Of a DNA stretch of 64,000 nucleotides, positions 38,354 through 53,269 are shown in pieces; position 1 is the stretch's first letter; the number at the start of each line of letters is the position of its first letter. Position numbers and translations under genes: made by a program. Location: the NCBI RefSeq assembly GCF_006345805.1, contig NC_043012.1, forward strand, positions 12,772,001-12,836,000, written 5' to 3'. The notes below the pieces were generated by a model. It searched no databases and had not been told where the DNA came from. It was given only the letters and a program-made list of their open reading frames with translations. Origin of the DNA: Octopus sinensis. Its lineage: Eukaryota.

Positions 38354-41300
38354 TACATATATAAATCGATAGACACAGAGATTAACCTATTATATATTTA
38401 ATTCATATAACGTTAGGTTATCAGCTGCTCTTATCTGGACAGCATCAACCCCGTTCCCAATGATCATCGGCAAATAAAAACTGGAATCCTCAAAATTCCA
38501 CAACATTTGGAATTCGAAATCTCTGACTTTCAAAAGTGTTCGTATATCGACCATCTGTAAGAATTTAGGACTGAATTAAAAGTAATCGCTAAAAAACTCT
38601 CCACTTGTCCTCACTATCACAATCTTCATCTCATCTTGCCAGGATTTAGAAAACATCTTTCTCTGCGGATCCAGTTTATCTGGAAACTAATATGTTAAAT
38701 GTCCATATATTATTTGATACTATAGAATGATATGGATACGGACACCCCATAATTCAACCTATCATAGAATAACTAAGACGTCCAACACATCTTGGCAGCA
38801 ACCTTTCCAGCACTTATAGAAGTTAGCACTCGTGTATGTATCTGTGTATGTATGAGTGTGTGTTTGTGTGTGGTGGGGAGCGTTGATGTGTCGGTGATTG
38901 TGTGTTTGTGTGCATATATGGAGTTGTACTATGGTAGTTAATGTGTATTTATGCAACTGTTTGGAAGTCAGTCTTCTGGATTTATTTGCAGTTGAAAGAC
39001 CCAGTTTTATCATATGTCATATCACGTGTTTTCATGTTGTATGTATGATGTGACTAACTATCCGTTGAATATTTAACCACTTAATCACTTTGAACGTTAT
39101 ACGGATGTAAACTTAGAAGACTTATTGAATGTGATGTTTTGAGTGAAGTTTAGCTAATGTAAACTTTGATATTTCAGAATTTAGGACTCTTTTACAAATG
39201 TGTAAGTAATTTTACGCAAAATAAAAAGTTTACATTTTAAAACTGTTGCTTTGTTACACCACATTTATATTATAAAGCATGCTGAGTTCTATTCAATATT
39301 TGATGTGTCGAGCGAACTGAATGTGAGACTAAAATCAATTCTAGTTATCTATTAGAAATGTCTATCTTACGCTGGTTAATAGCAAAATTCTATTACCAAG
39401 ATGACGCATTCGTAGTACTTTTCAGTTTATCACCGGGGAGTCGTCATGCTAATATAAAAACTTGTATTAGTTTTATTCCACTTTTTTACTCGATTAATGG
39501 TTGGTTACTGAACCGAATAACCAATCCATTATTTGATTACGTATTTGATTTATCTATCAATAAGTTACATTTGTTAAAATAATTTCCTTGTCATTAGCGA
39601 TATATTTAATGACGGCTAAATATCTAAACAAAGGAATAATATAGAATTCAAATAGGTTCAATGCGTGTGTTTAATATTAATATAAAGAATCTATCGAGAT
39701 ATAAAAACTCTATTTAGCGCTCAAATCCAATTCAACTGTTTCAGCTTATTCTCAAGCTCATTGTTTTCTTTACTCAAACTCTATGGTATAAAATCTGTAG
39801 TAAATTATAGTTTCTTAGAAGACGAAAATGTATGTTTTTTTTATTACCTTCCTATATTCCTTGTACTGCTTTTGAATCATCGTTCTATTTACTTTTGATA
39901 CAAGTATTTTGTAATCACTTAAAAAAACAAACAAACAAACAAACATGTAATTAGTAATGAGGACAGCAATGGATCGTAATCTATTTTCTTTTTTTCCGTT
40001 AGAATTACTTTTGCATTTTCGAAACTAATTTTCAACGCTTTGGGCATGTCTTGCGCCGTGTTATACGCGAGTATATTAATTTCATAATGTAGCTTCTGTA
40101 GAAAGATGCCACTTTTATTATTTAAAAGACATAAATATTCCTTTCGTTTTCAATCAAGGCAACTATCCTTTATATCAAAATCCGTTTCGAGAAAATGATC
40201 CATTTATAATTCACCAAAAGATTAATTGTTACAAAAAAATTAAATAACTTCAAAGGAGGATGAGATTCACGTCAGGGTTTGGCTCTCCTGTGCGACGAAT
40301 CTACTAGTTATTTAAGACTTCTGTTGTCTGTGATCTCGACTGCGTATTAAACTAGACGTCGCATTCGCTTTATTTTGTGCTTGTATGCTATGTGTAAAAA
40401 GATGCAGACACACATGTGAGTATTGAATTATATCGATATCATATGACTATCAATGTTTTCGTGATATAAACATTTAATCTCAGAAAAGCACACCCACCTA
40501 ACAAACTAATAGTTTACTATCACGTTTCCATTAAAATAGATATGTTCAGCCAAGTTTCAGTGCATTATATTCACACATATAGAGTGCAAAGAAATGGTTT
40601 TCCCGTTAGACAGTTTAGCATTGCATATAAGATAAGATGATTATAATTTAACAACAGAGAATAATGGTTTCTTCTTCCTTTCAATCCAGTGCTCTAAAAA
40701 TTATGTTGTGCATAGCTGAAATTATCTACTCCGGATTTCTTTAGCTGGTCCACAATTGATAATTGAGCATTGCACAGGGAATTGCTGAAGGCTATAGCAT
40801 ATTTTCAAAACAATTTAGACAGTTAATTTGATAATATATACATGAAGCTGAAATTGCAAGCTAGAATTTCTTCAAGCCATATACCATTTATCTGATGAAC
40901 TATCGGGAATCCTCTGAGCCACACCAATTTTACATTACCATATATATATATATATATATATATATAGTATATATGTATATCTATCTATCTATCTATCTAT
41001 CTATTATCTATCTATATATATATATATATATATATACATTAAACACTGTTGCTAAAACCTTTGTCCTTAGTAATTCATATTTTATCGAATATAAAACTGT
41101 GTTTATATATAACATGTAACACGACGGCTTTGGAGAATTCTTTACTATATCAAATCAAATAAGTCGTGGTATATAGGTCATTCGATTTTAAATAAATTCT
41201 AGTTAGTCGACTGTTTTTCATTCGTACAAATGGTTTGAGTAAAATGTTAGTAGTACCTTGTGGTTTAGTCAGTCAAATATATCTAACCATTATAAAAAGT

Positions 41301-42327
41301 TGGCTCGATTTGTTTCTGAAGTCAATATGTTCTATATACTTCTTCTATTTCTTTCACTGGTATAAAATTTTAAAGAATTAGCAATATGTGGCCTTTTGGC
41401 TACATTATGTCTACTTTAGTGTATAGCAAAAGAAGTTTGACGTCAGTATGAATAAACTAAAAGAAATTTCGCAGTGTACCTGACAAAATCAATAAATGCA
41501 TATGATTAGAAATTAGAAAGAATTTTTCGAAATGTTACAAATATTGCTGGAAAGATTAGCTATGATATTTCAAGTGCAATGCTTGCTATTGTAGCAACAA
41601 TTTCGCCAGATATTGAAGTGAATGAAGTGAAAATATGTTTCTAATATGCAAATGATTTCCTTCCGATTGCATTTAGGATACGCAATGGAATACTGCAAGT
41701 GAAAGTGTGGAACGTTTAATGTTATTTTAGTGTGCTAAGTACGGATTTGTGTAGAAGCACTTATGTTTAAAGTGGAACAAAAACATTTTGCAACTTTGTA
41801 AGTATTAGTGAAGTTTCAAATCGTTTCACATACAGAAACATTTGAACATCCGGCAAGCTACTTTAATACATTAAGTTCCATATCTTATCTTAGAATTCAG
41901 TATTCAAATCACATCGTGATTTACATTACTTTTTGAAGCTAAGATGATCTAAATAATACGGAGATGCTAACTAAATGGCAATTCAATTTACCTTAACTTT
42001 TTTAGCAGAATATTATCTTCTTCAGAAAATAGAAATCTCACCTTCTGTGAGTATTTCAATATAAGATATAGACATATGAGGGTGAAAATAAAATAAAAAC
42101 AAATATACAGTCTCCACTGCACTTAATGGAAATGTGGAAATAAAATTAACGATTCAGGTATATAGCTTTTAATTCAGTGAACATATATATTCTTATCTAA
42201 CATTGAAACTACGTATCCATGGGAAGCTGCTGAGGTTATTTTGATTTATTCCAAATATAAACCGTGATTAGTGATTGTATAAGTTACATTTTGAATGCTC
42301 GAGAAAAGAAATAATATTTAACGTAAA

Positions 42328-42445
42328 TAGGTGCAGGGTTGGTTGTGTGGTAAGTAGATTGCTTACCAATCCCATGTTTCCGGGTTCTGTCTCACTGCAT
42401 GGCACCTTGGGAAAGTGTCTTCTACTATAGCCGCGGGCCGTCTGA
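42328..42445 (+). mobile_element. SINE head (family of 36148)
   Basis: gtgtggtaagtagattgcttaccaa..ggcaccttggg..gtgtcttctactatagcc. Confidence 0.85.
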
Positions 42446-43070
42446 AGTAACCTTTCGTATGCAATTTCATTGCAATTAAATTGCACAGAAGAGATGAAGT
42501 AGCTGTCTTATTTCCATGAGCGTGCTTTAAATTACAGAATAGACAGTGTATTTAGTTTTCTGTCAATTTTAATAATATGATATGACTTGGAAGAATTATC
42601 CTCTTGACCCATGTACAGCGGGTACAGATTGAGCTTGAAGAAATGATTTTGCAATCTCAGTGTGCAGATTAAAATAACATTATTTAACGCAACCATCGCA
42701 AAATTAATATGTCTCCAGGTTGTATGCAGAATAATACACTGAATAAATAGGTTTGCTATTTAATTTTTTTCCAGTATTTTAACGAGTAATCAGTTACTAG
42801 GTGATGGGTGGATACGTCAGTACATCGAATCTCGTTACCATTAATAACTCATGCATATCCATACTAACCTTCCAACAAAAAGCATTTTACAAAGTTTAAT
42901 TTTCATCGGCGAAAGTTACTTGTATATTATATGTAAGGAACATGTTCGCCTAATACTTGCGTTGTTGTCTAATACTGGGTTATGTATAGAGTACTATCGA
43001 TTTTATTTTCTGTATTCGTCATTGAAATTTTAAGAGAATGGATAATTATGAATCACCATTTTGGGAAATA

Positions 43071-44295
43071 CATTGGGTTGTCCGGAAAGTTCGTGCCAAT
43101 ATATCTTTCGACTTATTTTAGAACAGAGTTTAGTCCATAAAATAGAATTTGACTATATCTCCATTTACAGCACAGTTTAAGCTATTTTGTCGTGGAAGAA
43201 GGTTTATGTGTTTATTCTGTAGCCTTTTAAAATGGAAGATAAGAAATTTCGTTTTCGGCACTTGATGCTTTTCTTTTTCCGTAAAGGGAAAAATGCCTTG
43301 CAAGCAACCATAGAAATATGCGCAGTTTACGGTGATGTTTCTTTATCCGAAAGAACTGTACGGAAGTGGTTCGCAAGGTTCCGAGATGGAGATTGAAGCC
43401 TTATTGATAAAGAGCGATCAGCAGACCATCCACTACAAATAATGACCGAATCAAGACATTAATTGAGAATAACCCACATTGCACAACCCGGCAATTGGCG
43501 GAGAGCCTCAACTTATCAAAATCCGTCATTCATGAGCATCTGATAAAGCTTGGGTACACAAATCGCTACGATGTTTGGATACCAAATGAGTTGAGTGAGA
43601 AGTACCTTTTGGATCGCATTTCCATCTGTGATTTGGAATGAAAACGCGCATTTTTAAAGCAAATAGTGACAGGTGATGAGAAATGGAATTATCTACCGAA
43701 ACGTTCAGAGAAAGCGATACTGGAGTAAGCGACATGAGCCACCCTTAGCCACACCAAAACCGGTTCTTCACCCTAAAAATGTCTTGCTTTGTATCTGGTG
43801 GGATTCGAAAGGAATTCTGTACTATACGCATCTCTCAAGTAACCAGACAATTAATTCTGAGAAATACTGCAGCAATTCAAGAGAAATGTGCAGAATTCGC
43901 CAACAGGAAGGGTGTTGTTTTCCAACAGGATAATGCAAGACTGCACGTTTCCTTGGGAAACAGACAAAAATTGCTGCAGCTTGGCTGGGATGTGTTACTC
44001 CACCCTAATATTCACCAGATATTGCCCCTTCGGATTTCCACTTATTCAGGTCTTTGCAGAAAAAAAAATATCTAATTCCTTGGATAATGTAAAAAGATAC
44101 GTTGGTGAATTCTTTGCCATGAAACCACCTAAATTCTGGTCTGGGAAGCGTGTATTTTCAAGTTAAAAGAAAGATGGAGACGCATTATGCAACAAAATGT
44201 TTCATAATTGGTTGATTAAAAATGTAATGGTAAATATTTATTGACCTTTTTCTTTCCTTTAAAAATCGGCACGAACTTTCCGAACCACCCAATAT
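43071..44295 (+). pseudogene. Near full-length mariner with both TIRs and a disrupted transposase (43232-44219)
   Basis: TIRs 43071-43100 and ~44265-44294 (4 mismatches). MEDKKFRFRHLMLFFFRKGKNA, WIPNEL, VTGDEKW, PKNVLLCIWWD.KG, FQQDNARLH, SPDIAPSDFHLFRSL. Confidence 0.93.
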
Positions 44296-46122
44296 TTTAA
44301 GATAGAAAAATTTCAACTTTAAAACTCTCTTCAGTAAAACATCATACCAAAACATATTTCTTTATACAATATGTTTTCCAGAATAATGCATTTATGAATA
44401 AATTAATGCTGCAAAGATTTTACATATTTAGAGGATGTTGTGTTTAAATGACGCTTTTTGTAATTATAAAACTAATTTATAATATTTATTCATGTATGAT
44501 ATAGTGGATTTATGGTCGGTCTTTATTGTTCTTTGAACGTTTAAAACTGCATTCTGTATTGAAAATCTCAATATAATTTTGCGTGAAATATATATGCATT
44601 GGCGCCTTTTTACTCACACTTGATTAATAAATAAACTATTAAAGAACAACAATTACTAGAAGAAATTGTTAGCAATAAAATCATTATAGTGTAAATGTGA
44701 ATGGAATTTATTTTCCTGTTTATATGAAGATTCACATCATAAATTTTATCTTTGCAGGGCATTTGCACGTGATTATATCTGAATTTGTTTAAAGATATCC
44801 GCATTCTATACATATCGAAAGAAAAAATAATTCACAAAAACTGGATAACACCTCGATAAAATTATCAAATAAACGTTATTCGTAAACGCATTAACTTTAA
44901 CACTCAAGAGTTTGTTTTATGCAATCTATAAGAATGAATATGGATTCTTCAAGTTAGTTAAGTTCTGAATAATTGGGAAAACTAAAAAATGATATTATAG
45001 GGCCAGACATCTTGACTTAATGGAAAGAAGCTAAACAATAAATGGAAGCTATATTGTTTTCAAAACTATTAAGTTAGCTGCTATTGAACTTAATATGTTA
45101 AAAAAAGGCAGTAGACGATTGTGTACGGTGAAAAACATATGACTGGATATTTGGAATAAGATGTTTTGAATTCTTACGCTAGCCATATTTATACTATACA
45201 TAAAAATATACGCATATACATGTACATACATGTGTGAGTATGTTTATATTTAAACTTATATTCACACATAGATACATTCACACATAGATACATACATACA
45301 TACATACATACATACATACATACACAGATGTACATGTGTTTGTGTGTATTACATTAAAGGGACTTAAAAATCCGAAAGATCCTGCATCTCAATAGATAGA
45401 TTCATTTTAAGATAATCGTTCCATAAAACCTAACGTTTCAGGGAAAATTTACTAGTTGCCGAGTTAAATATTGTCTGGTCAAAAATCGAGATGGTAAAAA
45501 GTACTGCATTCATTCATTTATCATAATCGTTTGAACACTATGCATTCAAACACATGAATATAAATGATTGTGTAACATTAGAGAATTCTATACATATTCT
45601 TCTCTTTACATACCTTGTCTAAAGAGATATGTTGAATGTTTTAACAAACAATGCAAAGACCCCCTTTCTACCCGTTCGTTAGAAGTTTTTCTTTTTCCAG
45701 CCGAAAAAACAATTTAATCGCAAGCAGCAATATATAAATTTAGCACCTTGAAGTTCTGGAGGGATGCAAGCTCTACTCTTAACTTTTCATTTCTCTTAAA
45801 TCTTCTATGGCGAAGGCTCTACAGCTTCCTTGTGTGGGCAATTCAAGGAAATGAAGCCTGCTTATTGCTTATGTGATTATTGTCCTTTTGCAATTCTCAG
45901 TATTGCCACTGCTGCTTCTGTTATTCTTCTCCGTCGTTGCGTCTGTTATCATTCATTAATAGGTAGCATTCCGCCCGTCATTACGTTTTGAATTCGCATT
46001 CCACCCAAGTCAGCTTTACTTTTCATACTTTCAGGATCGATAATATTATTCCAAAGTATCGGTTAAACACCGGAGTTGATGTAATCGCATACCACTCCAT
46101 TAAAATAGACTGCTTCTCAAAA

Positions 46123-46376
46123 AAACTTTTAGTCACTATACGTCTATATGCGAAGCTTTCTCAAGACGAATACTTCAATTTGTGACTTTCAATATGTATA
46201 TTTATTTTAAATAAGATATACATAATGATATTGTGAACGACTGTTTCTTCACTTAATAACAACGAATGGTTACCCGGCCCACCAGCTATTTACAACACCA
46301 ATGATTTGATAATTACTGTTTTCCTATATTAGTAGAGGTGAAATTTCTTTAAAACGTTTGAACAGTAAATCAAATT
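46123..46376 (+). repeat. Unclassified dispersed repeat, copy 1 (copy 2 at 52155-52397)
   Basis: aaataagatat.cataatg.tatt.tgaac.actgtttctt..ttaataac..cgaatg..agtagaggtgaaattt in both copies. Confidence 0.75.
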
Positions 46377-46580
46377 GGAGCTGGCGGAATGGTTAAGCAG
46401 CGGAAATGTAGAGAGGCATTTTGTCCGTCGTTACATTTTGAGATAAAATTCTACCGACGTCGAATCTGCACTTCCATCGTTTCGGAATCAATAAAATAAT
46501 AACCAGTTGAACACAGGGGTCGATGTAATCAACTACCCCACCCAAATAACAGGCATTTTACTTATAATAGAAAGAACTGT
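46377..46580 (+). mobile_element. Degenerate SINE
   Basis: ggagctggcggaat..ggggtcgatgtaatcaact..tataatagaaagaac. Confidence 0.75.
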
Positions 46581-48659
46581 TTATTAATAGGATGATAGTG
46601 ATTGTGGTGGTTTTGTTTCAAATGCTACAGTTTGTTGTTAACGTATTTCCGGCGATTGCAATGGATTCTTCCATCCTTCTTTTCATTCTACGATTTCCTT
46701 TCATTATTTCTGATGCTGCTACTATTATTGTTATTGTTATTCTTGTTTTAATTATTTACATTTTATGATTTCTGCAGTTTTGTTTTTCGTTCCAATCTAT
46801 AATTTCTCTCGCTTTACATCTGCAGAATAATTATAAGCAATTTATTTATAAAATATTCTAAAGCTATGAGATAATTCCATGGAAAAGCATCACGAATTCC
46901 ACTTCATATAACAAACATTCCGAAAAGCTGAGCAGCTCCTCTCAATCTTTGGAAGTTTATGGAACTGACATAAGAAAATTATCGGAACTAGAATTTTGAA
47001 AGGAGATAAAAATAAAGCAAAATTAACGACGTGATGCTGACACCACCACCATCACATCCATCAGTTGCAGCATCAAAAACTGCAACAACCACCACCACCA
47101 CCACCCCCATCACAACAACAACAACAATGTCTACAATAATAAGAATGATGAGGTGATAGTTATGATGATTGTGCTAGTTAAGTTCATTTTGGTGGTGGTG
47201 GTGGTGGTGGTGGTGGTGGTGGTGATGATGGTGTTGGCTGCATTTCTGGTAGGATGGGTTATTTTGTCAGTGGCTGTGCTGAAAATAGGACATGTATATA
47301 CCATAGTGGTGATGTTGTAGGACGTAAAGTTTGACGATGCCAAGTAAAGCAAAACAATACAAAACAATACAATTGCAAAATGCAAGGACGTAATTTTACG
47401 ATATCTCGTTGAGGAAATAACTGTGCTATACAATTTTCTTCAGCAATTATTAGTGAAGTCGAAATCTAAATTCAAACGTTATACATAGGGAATGGTATTT
47501 GAAAATCTTCAGTGAATGCAATTTCTTTTCTCAGTTATCTTTAACTTATTCTTTGTTAGGAAACAATACAACCTAATTTAAATGGTAATTCGCTCAAAGA
47601 AATGATTCAGAAATTTATATTATGTTGCTTGGCAACAGTAACCTTGCTTTTCTTTGTATGATACTTTGGCAGAGAATGTACATTATTAATATGGAATGTG
47701 GGGGTTATGTGGTTAGATATGTGATCCCTTTCGAGAGGAAACTCAAGCGGTTAAGAACGTACGCACACTCACATGAAAATACACTCACATATACAAATAC
47801 TCCCGCACGGTCACAAATATATACAGAGTGATAGAGTAAAGCGAAGGAGAGGGAAAATCGTTTTCCTAGGAATTTCAACTAAATTAGATATTCAGACACG
47901 AAATTGGCACGGAGGTTCAACAGATCGGCGTTATGTGAATTTATGTTTATCTGGAATAATGAAATTCGCAGAATGGGTGTCATATATATCACGTAACGAA
48001 CATGTGTAACAATTACAAGCTACCTCGCTGGACGGAGATATTCCAATGCTGATTTAACTTGCCATTCCTTTTCAACAGAAAAACGCTTGCGTGTTAGATT
48101 AAGAAATATAATAGCGCTTGCAATCGTCACGAAATTTGTAATATAAATCTATCAGGGATGGACAGTTAGAACGACAGTTCGCTTTAAACTTGAAAACAAA
48201 ATGACGCCTTACAAATAATATTATTACGTATCACGATCAGTGGAATGCAATTTATGTGACGTTTAATTATATGTCACGAATTCAGGTTATTCTCATTTCC
48301 AGTTTAGTCGGCTGCTGAAAATATGTAACATGTTCATGCTGGTGCAACTTTGTCTCAGTCTACTGTCACAAAAGTCATGCACCATTGGATCAAACTGTAA
48401 CAGGGTTGGAGGAATATAGTCACGGAGAGTTGAAAGACTGCTCAGAGATTCACCCAGTAAGAGTTTCTATGTTTGTTATTTATACTAAATGCTTTGTTGT
48501 CCATATAAGTTTGTATTGCACTTGGGCGAATGTATGTGATAAACTAAATGTAAAGTTACCTACGCGAGTCATATCGACCGATCAAAGCCATTTTCCCCTG
48601 TTTTGTGGGGTATGAACTTCCCATCGGAACAGGACGCTGGTCTATCGCAGTATTACTCA

Positions 48660-48770
48660 TTTTTGCCAGCTGACTGGGCTGCAGCAACGGGAAATGAAAT
48701 GTTTTTCTCAACACCACAACAATCTTATGATCTTGAGTTCAACGCCCTAACCACTATGCCACGCATGTCG
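48660..48770 (-). mobile_element. SINE head remnant
   Basis: Minus strand gcgtggcatagtggttagggcgttgaactcaagatc (tRNA-like A box). Confidence 0.55.
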
Positions 48771-49329
48771 ACGTGGTTGTATGTGCATCAGAGGAAACTA
48801 ATAAAGGCTTTGTTAAGTAATTTTCAAAGAAGACATTTGAATACCATGATATTGTTGAGATACATTACAGTCAGTAATTCCACTTAAGTTTCCATTATAC
48901 ATTTTCGCTGGAAAGCAAATTGACATTGAATTTTCACGTCTGGCTTAGGTAACATCACCAGACGCTCTGATGACATATATGCTGATATCTCAAAAAACTT
49001 TTCTTTAAAAATAACACATTTATTACAAATATTCAGATATCCTGTAGATTAATGTTAAAATTCTTTTCTCTATAACTTTACACATAACAATATTACATAT
49101 ATATGTATGAGTTTTTGAGAAGTATTTTCCGATTAATCTAAAAGACAAGTGAATATTTGTATCAAGTATCGTATTTTTGTAAGAATACTGTTTTTACAAT
49201 TTCGGCCAAAATGTCGTCCAACTACCTTCCTTTTTTATCTACGTTTGGAATTGTGTGTACATATATACGTATGTGTGTGAGTGTGTGTCTGTCTGTGTGT
49301 TTGTATGTGTATTTTTAGGTGTAATGTAC

Positions 49330-49407
<78 letters not shown>

Positions 49408-49440
49408 TACATACCTACGTACGTACATAGATATATAGAA

Positions 49441-50440
49441 AGAAGTCGCACGACACTACCGCAACGTATCCTCGAATGAAAGGATGAACTTATATGACCA
49501 AGTTTCCATACATGAGGCTGATGACATTATAAGACTTTAAAAGCAGCTCCTTGAGCAATATTCTGTGTCTGATAACATTAAATACATGCCCAAGAAAGTC
49601 GCACGACTCTACCGCAACGTATCATCAGATGAAAGGATGAGCATATATGAGCAGAAGACTATGTATGGATATGTTTGTAGAAAGCTGCGAGGTAATAGTA
49701 ACATGGATCATCAAAGCAGTCTGTCGTGGACCAATAACTGGATTACTACCTACCACTTTGAAGGGTATGCGTTTGAAATCCAAGAACAGGAAATATCCAC
49801 AAAATGACCGATGCTCAAAAGGGATAGAGATTCAGGAAAAGCAGTAAAATTTGACAACCAATGCAGACTCTCTGGAGATAACATCGGAAATATCACCAAC
49901 ATCATAAGCAGTTGTCCGAAAATGTTATCACGGTATGATCTACCGATGAGACATGAAGTTGTGGCTTGGATACTCTATAATGTAATCCGTCGGAAGAATA
50001 ACTGCGAGGACAAAGAAATAAGAACCCACAGTATGTTAGAAGCCATAGCCACGTATGATAAAAGGAGTTCTTGCGGAAATTACCATTGAAAACCTTAATA
50101 AAATGTAAGCACAACAGACCTGATACAATGATTTGGGATAGAGGAGATAAACTGTGTACAGCTGTGGAAATTAGCTGCCAAGCGGAAGTTAACAAAATGC
50201 TGAAGATCGGGGAAAAGTAGAATACCTACCTTCAACTATTGAGAAATCTACACTTACTGTATCTAGATTACGAGTTCAGGTTTATATCTGTAATTATTTG
50301 GGCCCTGAGATATGTAACACTCTGCCTAAATATCAATCTTCAGAAATTAGGTTTTTAAAAACCAGAAACGAGAAGGCTAATTTGAAGAAAATATCAGTGT
50401 AAATGATAATAGCTATAAAACTTACCAGAAGTTTATAATT
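49441..50440 (+). mobile_element. R4/Dong-like retrotransposon C-terminal fragment (zinc knuckle plus restriction-like endonuclease)
   Basis: FEGYAFEIQEQEISTK, CRL....I.NIISSCPKM..RY.LPMRH..VA, KHNRPD...WDR....C..VEISC...VN. Confidence 0.85.
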
Positions 50441-52154
50441 TAAATATATATGAGCATGACTAGATATGCAACAATATGCATTGGAATACATACATAAAGC
50501 AAAACATACAAATCTGCACATATACATAATACATACATGCATACATACATACATATATACATACATACATACATATATAAACAAGCAGACATACAAAAGT
50601 GCTCTATGTAACATGTTGAATTTTTCTGTGTATGTTCTGCACTGTTGATTTCTGTATACATGCTCTTCTGTAACTGATATTATAAGGAATTAGTAGGTTT
50701 GTCTGCCCTACGAATTTTGTTCTAATGCGTCGCGAATTACTGATGGTCGATGGTATACTCCAAAGAAATGTGTATAAGAATCTTGAAGACAAAGCTTTTA
50801 AGTTTCTAGTATATGTCTTAATAGCAAATCTTCCTTTCTTTATCTATGTTTATGGCTGTGTGTATGTAAATATAGATAAGTTAGTGTGTATGTGTGAGTG
50901 TGTGTAATATATCTACGTATATATATATATATATCTGGTCCGTGTTAAGAGTGATGTGTTATGCCCTTTCGATTACTTGACAAATACAACAAAGCACCTT
51001 CACATCTCCAAAATCAATTTTGTTTTTCATCCAGAAATTAAGCTGAACATGCACAAAACAAATTTACATTTTTATCTGGCACTTTTCGCTTGGCCAATAA
51101 AAGTTCTTTATTCGGCCGATATACTTCTTGAGAAGATATCAACACAAATAAAGCGCTTTACCGTTTTACACCACTTTTCTAATACTGTCTGTTTTGTTTG
51201 ATTAGGAATTTTGATTTTTTCGATAATTTACACATATTCGTCCGTGTGAATTCGAATGTATTTGTAAATAACGTCACTTTTTATTAATTAAAATTATCTG
51301 CCTGAAATTAACACATAACATTACTTCAGGAAATTATAAAAATGAAAATCTATTTTCATCTTCAGAATGAGTTGTGCAAAATTATGTAAGCTGAAGTAAA
51401 TTTAAAGTATACGATTTTGACGATCGTGTTCATTTCTGACATTTAATATATGTTTCTTTTTTTTTTTGTCCCTTTGAGCTAAATTAATATTTTTCTGTAT
51501 TTTGACATTGAACATATTAGATAGAAGTGAGGACTATTATAGTTTGTGTCAAGCACATTTTGATTGTCAATATAAGGCCTTACATATTACGCTTGAATAC
51601 CAGATGCATTAATGGTTTGTGTACGGTAACACATGGCATATTATTCTTAGTTTTACCAATTTTCCGTTTCCTAATTTTTGCGTATCATGTAGTCTTAAAA
51701 GTTATTTTAATTCTAGTGAATTTAGATCTACAGAAAAGTATTTGTTGTAACCAAGTTTTCTGTAATTGTAATATTTTATTGCGAATTTCTCACAACATTT
51801 AGAATATTCAATGTATAGGCGTTGTCCACATAGCACATTTTTGGCAAATTTGCACGCCATACTGGATTGCTTACAAATTACGTAAGCAGGACCTTCTTGT
51901 CTTTGAAACAGGGATATTCGACTATATTTTCCGGATAGGAAGTCTACAAAACACGTGATACTTTGTAAATAACAGCTGTAGACTCTTATATATTTGGAAC
52001 ATAAGGTGTCAATGACTTATTTGTGACTGAGCGAAATGATCACAGCTATTCCCAAAGAATCAATGATGGTGGATTTTGCCAATAATGACGTGCAATGACA
52101 CAATTCAGTGATTTGCAATTTCGTAACAGTTCTGCGTATTCACCCGCTACTGAT

Positions 52155-52397
52155 AAACTTTTATGCACTATAAGTTTTCTGAAGACTAGAAAAATACGTC
52201 AGTTATGTAGCTTCCTATACGTATATTCACTTAAAATAAGATATGCATAATGCTATTCTGAACCACTGTTTCTTCCGTTAATAACAGCGAATGTTTATCC
52301 AGCCCAACAGTTATTTGTAACACCAGATATTTGTTAATCACTGTTGTCTGTATCAGTAGAGGTGAAATTTGTATCGAATAGAACATTAAACCAAATT
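52155..52397 (+). repeat. Unclassified dispersed repeat, copy 2
   Basis: Aligns by eye to 46123-46376. Confidence 0.75.
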
Positions 52398-53269
52398 TAT
52401 ATCTTGGAATGAGAGAAATTTCTTCAAAGATATAAGAATGGTGTACTAATTTTATTTTATTGCCAACAGGATTAGATTAATCGAATGCACGGGGAAGATA
52501 GATCTAGAATTAGAATCACGTTTTCGGCTAAAATTAGTTAAAAGAAAGTAACAGCTAAAATAGTGTAGATAGTTTTGTATTTATAATATATCCTTAAAAT
52601 TATTTGGTGTGTATGTGAAAATAGAAACTTCGATATACTAGAGTACGTCTCTGTGTCTAGTCATGTGATTGTATTCTGTTAATACTACACAATTTCTTCA
52701 ACACGTTAATCAATAGGGAATTTAAAGAGAATACCTCAAAGACGGTCGTCATTTTTGTTTACTTGTTTCCTTAGGCTGGAGTGGAAAATCGATACTAAGT
52801 TTCTAGATAGAAATTGAATATTTTTAGTAATATTAACATTCAGTAAATGAGATTTTGCACAATTCTGCAACTAAGGAACATAATATTGTAATACTTCCTT
52901 CCATTCATATTACTTTACATGTCATTATTCGTCCCAGGCAACAGCAAACTAGCTAGCTACAGCAAAATATAAGTCGTTATGAATAGATACGAATTCACTC
53001 GTCTATATAAATGTGGATATGCTGATTAACTTTTATACGTTATATTTATATATAAAAAAAAATTTTGTATAAGTTTTTATCGAATATGGTCCTTTTCCAT
53101 ACCGAAATACTATTGGTGAAATTTGTTGCTTTTATTAAATTAATTATCTTTTACCCTATATCTGTAATGTGTACATATATATATATATATATATTAACGA
53201 AGTAAACACAGAGCTAAGCACTATCCGAAATTGGCCGATGCCTGTGTCTGCTGACTAGCTGCGTTCAGG

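Noticed and set aside
46331-46346. gtagaggtgaaatt resembling an SSU rRNA motif (also near 52357)
   Set aside because: The flanks are not rRNA; it is part of the dispersed repeat pair.
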